Source: a virus
Lineage: Duplodnaviria; Heunggongvirae; Uroviricota; Caudoviricetes
Reading direction: 5' to 3' (one strand)
IMG/VR virus record: IMGVR_UViG_3300010429_001251
DNA length: 64,000 nucleotides
The notes under the pieces were generated by a model that was not told the DNA's origin, made no database searches, and saw only the letters and a list, made by a program, of their open reading frames with translations. The position numbers and the translations under genes are program-made. This document shows positions 63,681 through 64,000 of the stretch, piece by piece (the stretch's first letter is position 1; every line of letters starts with the position of its first letter).

Positions 63681-63999
63681 TATGATACCTCCAAAAAAGG
63701 TTTTAACGGTTTAAACATATTAGGATGTCTTAGTTTACGAAGGGCATGACTTTCAATTTGCCTTACACGTTCTCTACAAATTCCATACAGCGTGCCTACC
63801 TCATCTAAACCACGATAATGCCCATCATCTAATCCATATCTTAAAATAAGAATATTTCGCTCTTTTTTAGATAATTGTTTAAGAACCCTATCCATAGTCT
63901 GTCTTAAAGAATCTAAATATAATTTATCATCTAAATTTAAATTCGGGTCTGATATTTCATCAAAATCTATATCTATAGGATTTAATGGGGTAATATAAT
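63680..63999 (-). CDS. Sigma-70-family sigma factor, C-terminal part (region 4 HTH). The 5' end lies beyond the window end.
   Basis: LSKKERNILILRYGLDDGHYRGLDEVGTLYGICRERVRQIESHALRKLR is a classic sigma region 4.2. The reading frame stays open upstream of the annotated Met to the window edge. Confidence 0.6.
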   Translation of the reverse strand, partial: YITPLNPIDIDFDEISDPNLNLDDKLYLDSLRQTMDRVLKQLSKKERNILILRYGLDDGHYRGLDEVGTLYGICRERVRQIESHALRKLRHPNMFKPLKPFLEVS

Positions 64000-64000
64000 C

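Overview
This window reads as part of a large, low-GC (~33%) tailed phage genome, probably from a Firmicutes-type host. Genes are densely packed and often translationally coupled, and ribosome-binding sites are AGGAG-like.

Positions 1-46215 are almost entirely plus-strand:
- The window opens inside a LamG-domain tail-fibre gene.
- A replication module follows: SNF2 helicase, DnaD-like initiator with internal iterons, DnaC-like loader, DnaB helicase, DnaG-like primase, family-A DNA polymerase, beta-clamp-like protein, clamp-loader subunits, RecA, NAD-dependent ligase, a DEDDh exonuclease and PD-(D/E)XK nucleases.
- There is a nucleotide-metabolism and DNA-modification module: FolE-QueD-QueE plus a DpdA-like transglycosylase (7-deazaguanine in DNA), dCMP deaminase, ThyX, a dNMP kinase, two GT-B glycosyltransferases, methyltransferases, an HNH endonuclease, a CobA-like ATP:corrinoid adenosyltransferase and a small terminase subunit.

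Positions 46455 to the window end are minus-strand. They encode a prepilin-like peptide, an SPFH/band-7 protein, RtcB RNA ligase, a serine recombinase with a DEAH helicase, and a partial sigma factor at the window edge. The same block carries an operon encoding an E1 (ThiF/MoeB)-like enzyme, a JAB/MPN metalloprotease, a protein with a ThiS/MoaD-like beta-grasp domain and a metallophosphoesterase, sitting behind a ribbon-helix-helix regulator.

Two things stand out. The first is an array of six hairpin-closed structured ncRNA genes at 14367-14967, three of which contain tRNA-like T-arm, closed acceptor-like hairpin and D-arm modules. The array lies immediately upstream of a vWA/MIDAS protein that I interpret as a Ro60 (Rsr/TROVE)-like protein, so the RNAs look like phage Y-RNA-like (Yrl) RNAs. 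The second is the phage-borne Ubl-E1-JAB cassette.

A family of G4/C4-containing inverted-repeat elements marks the major intergenic boundaries.
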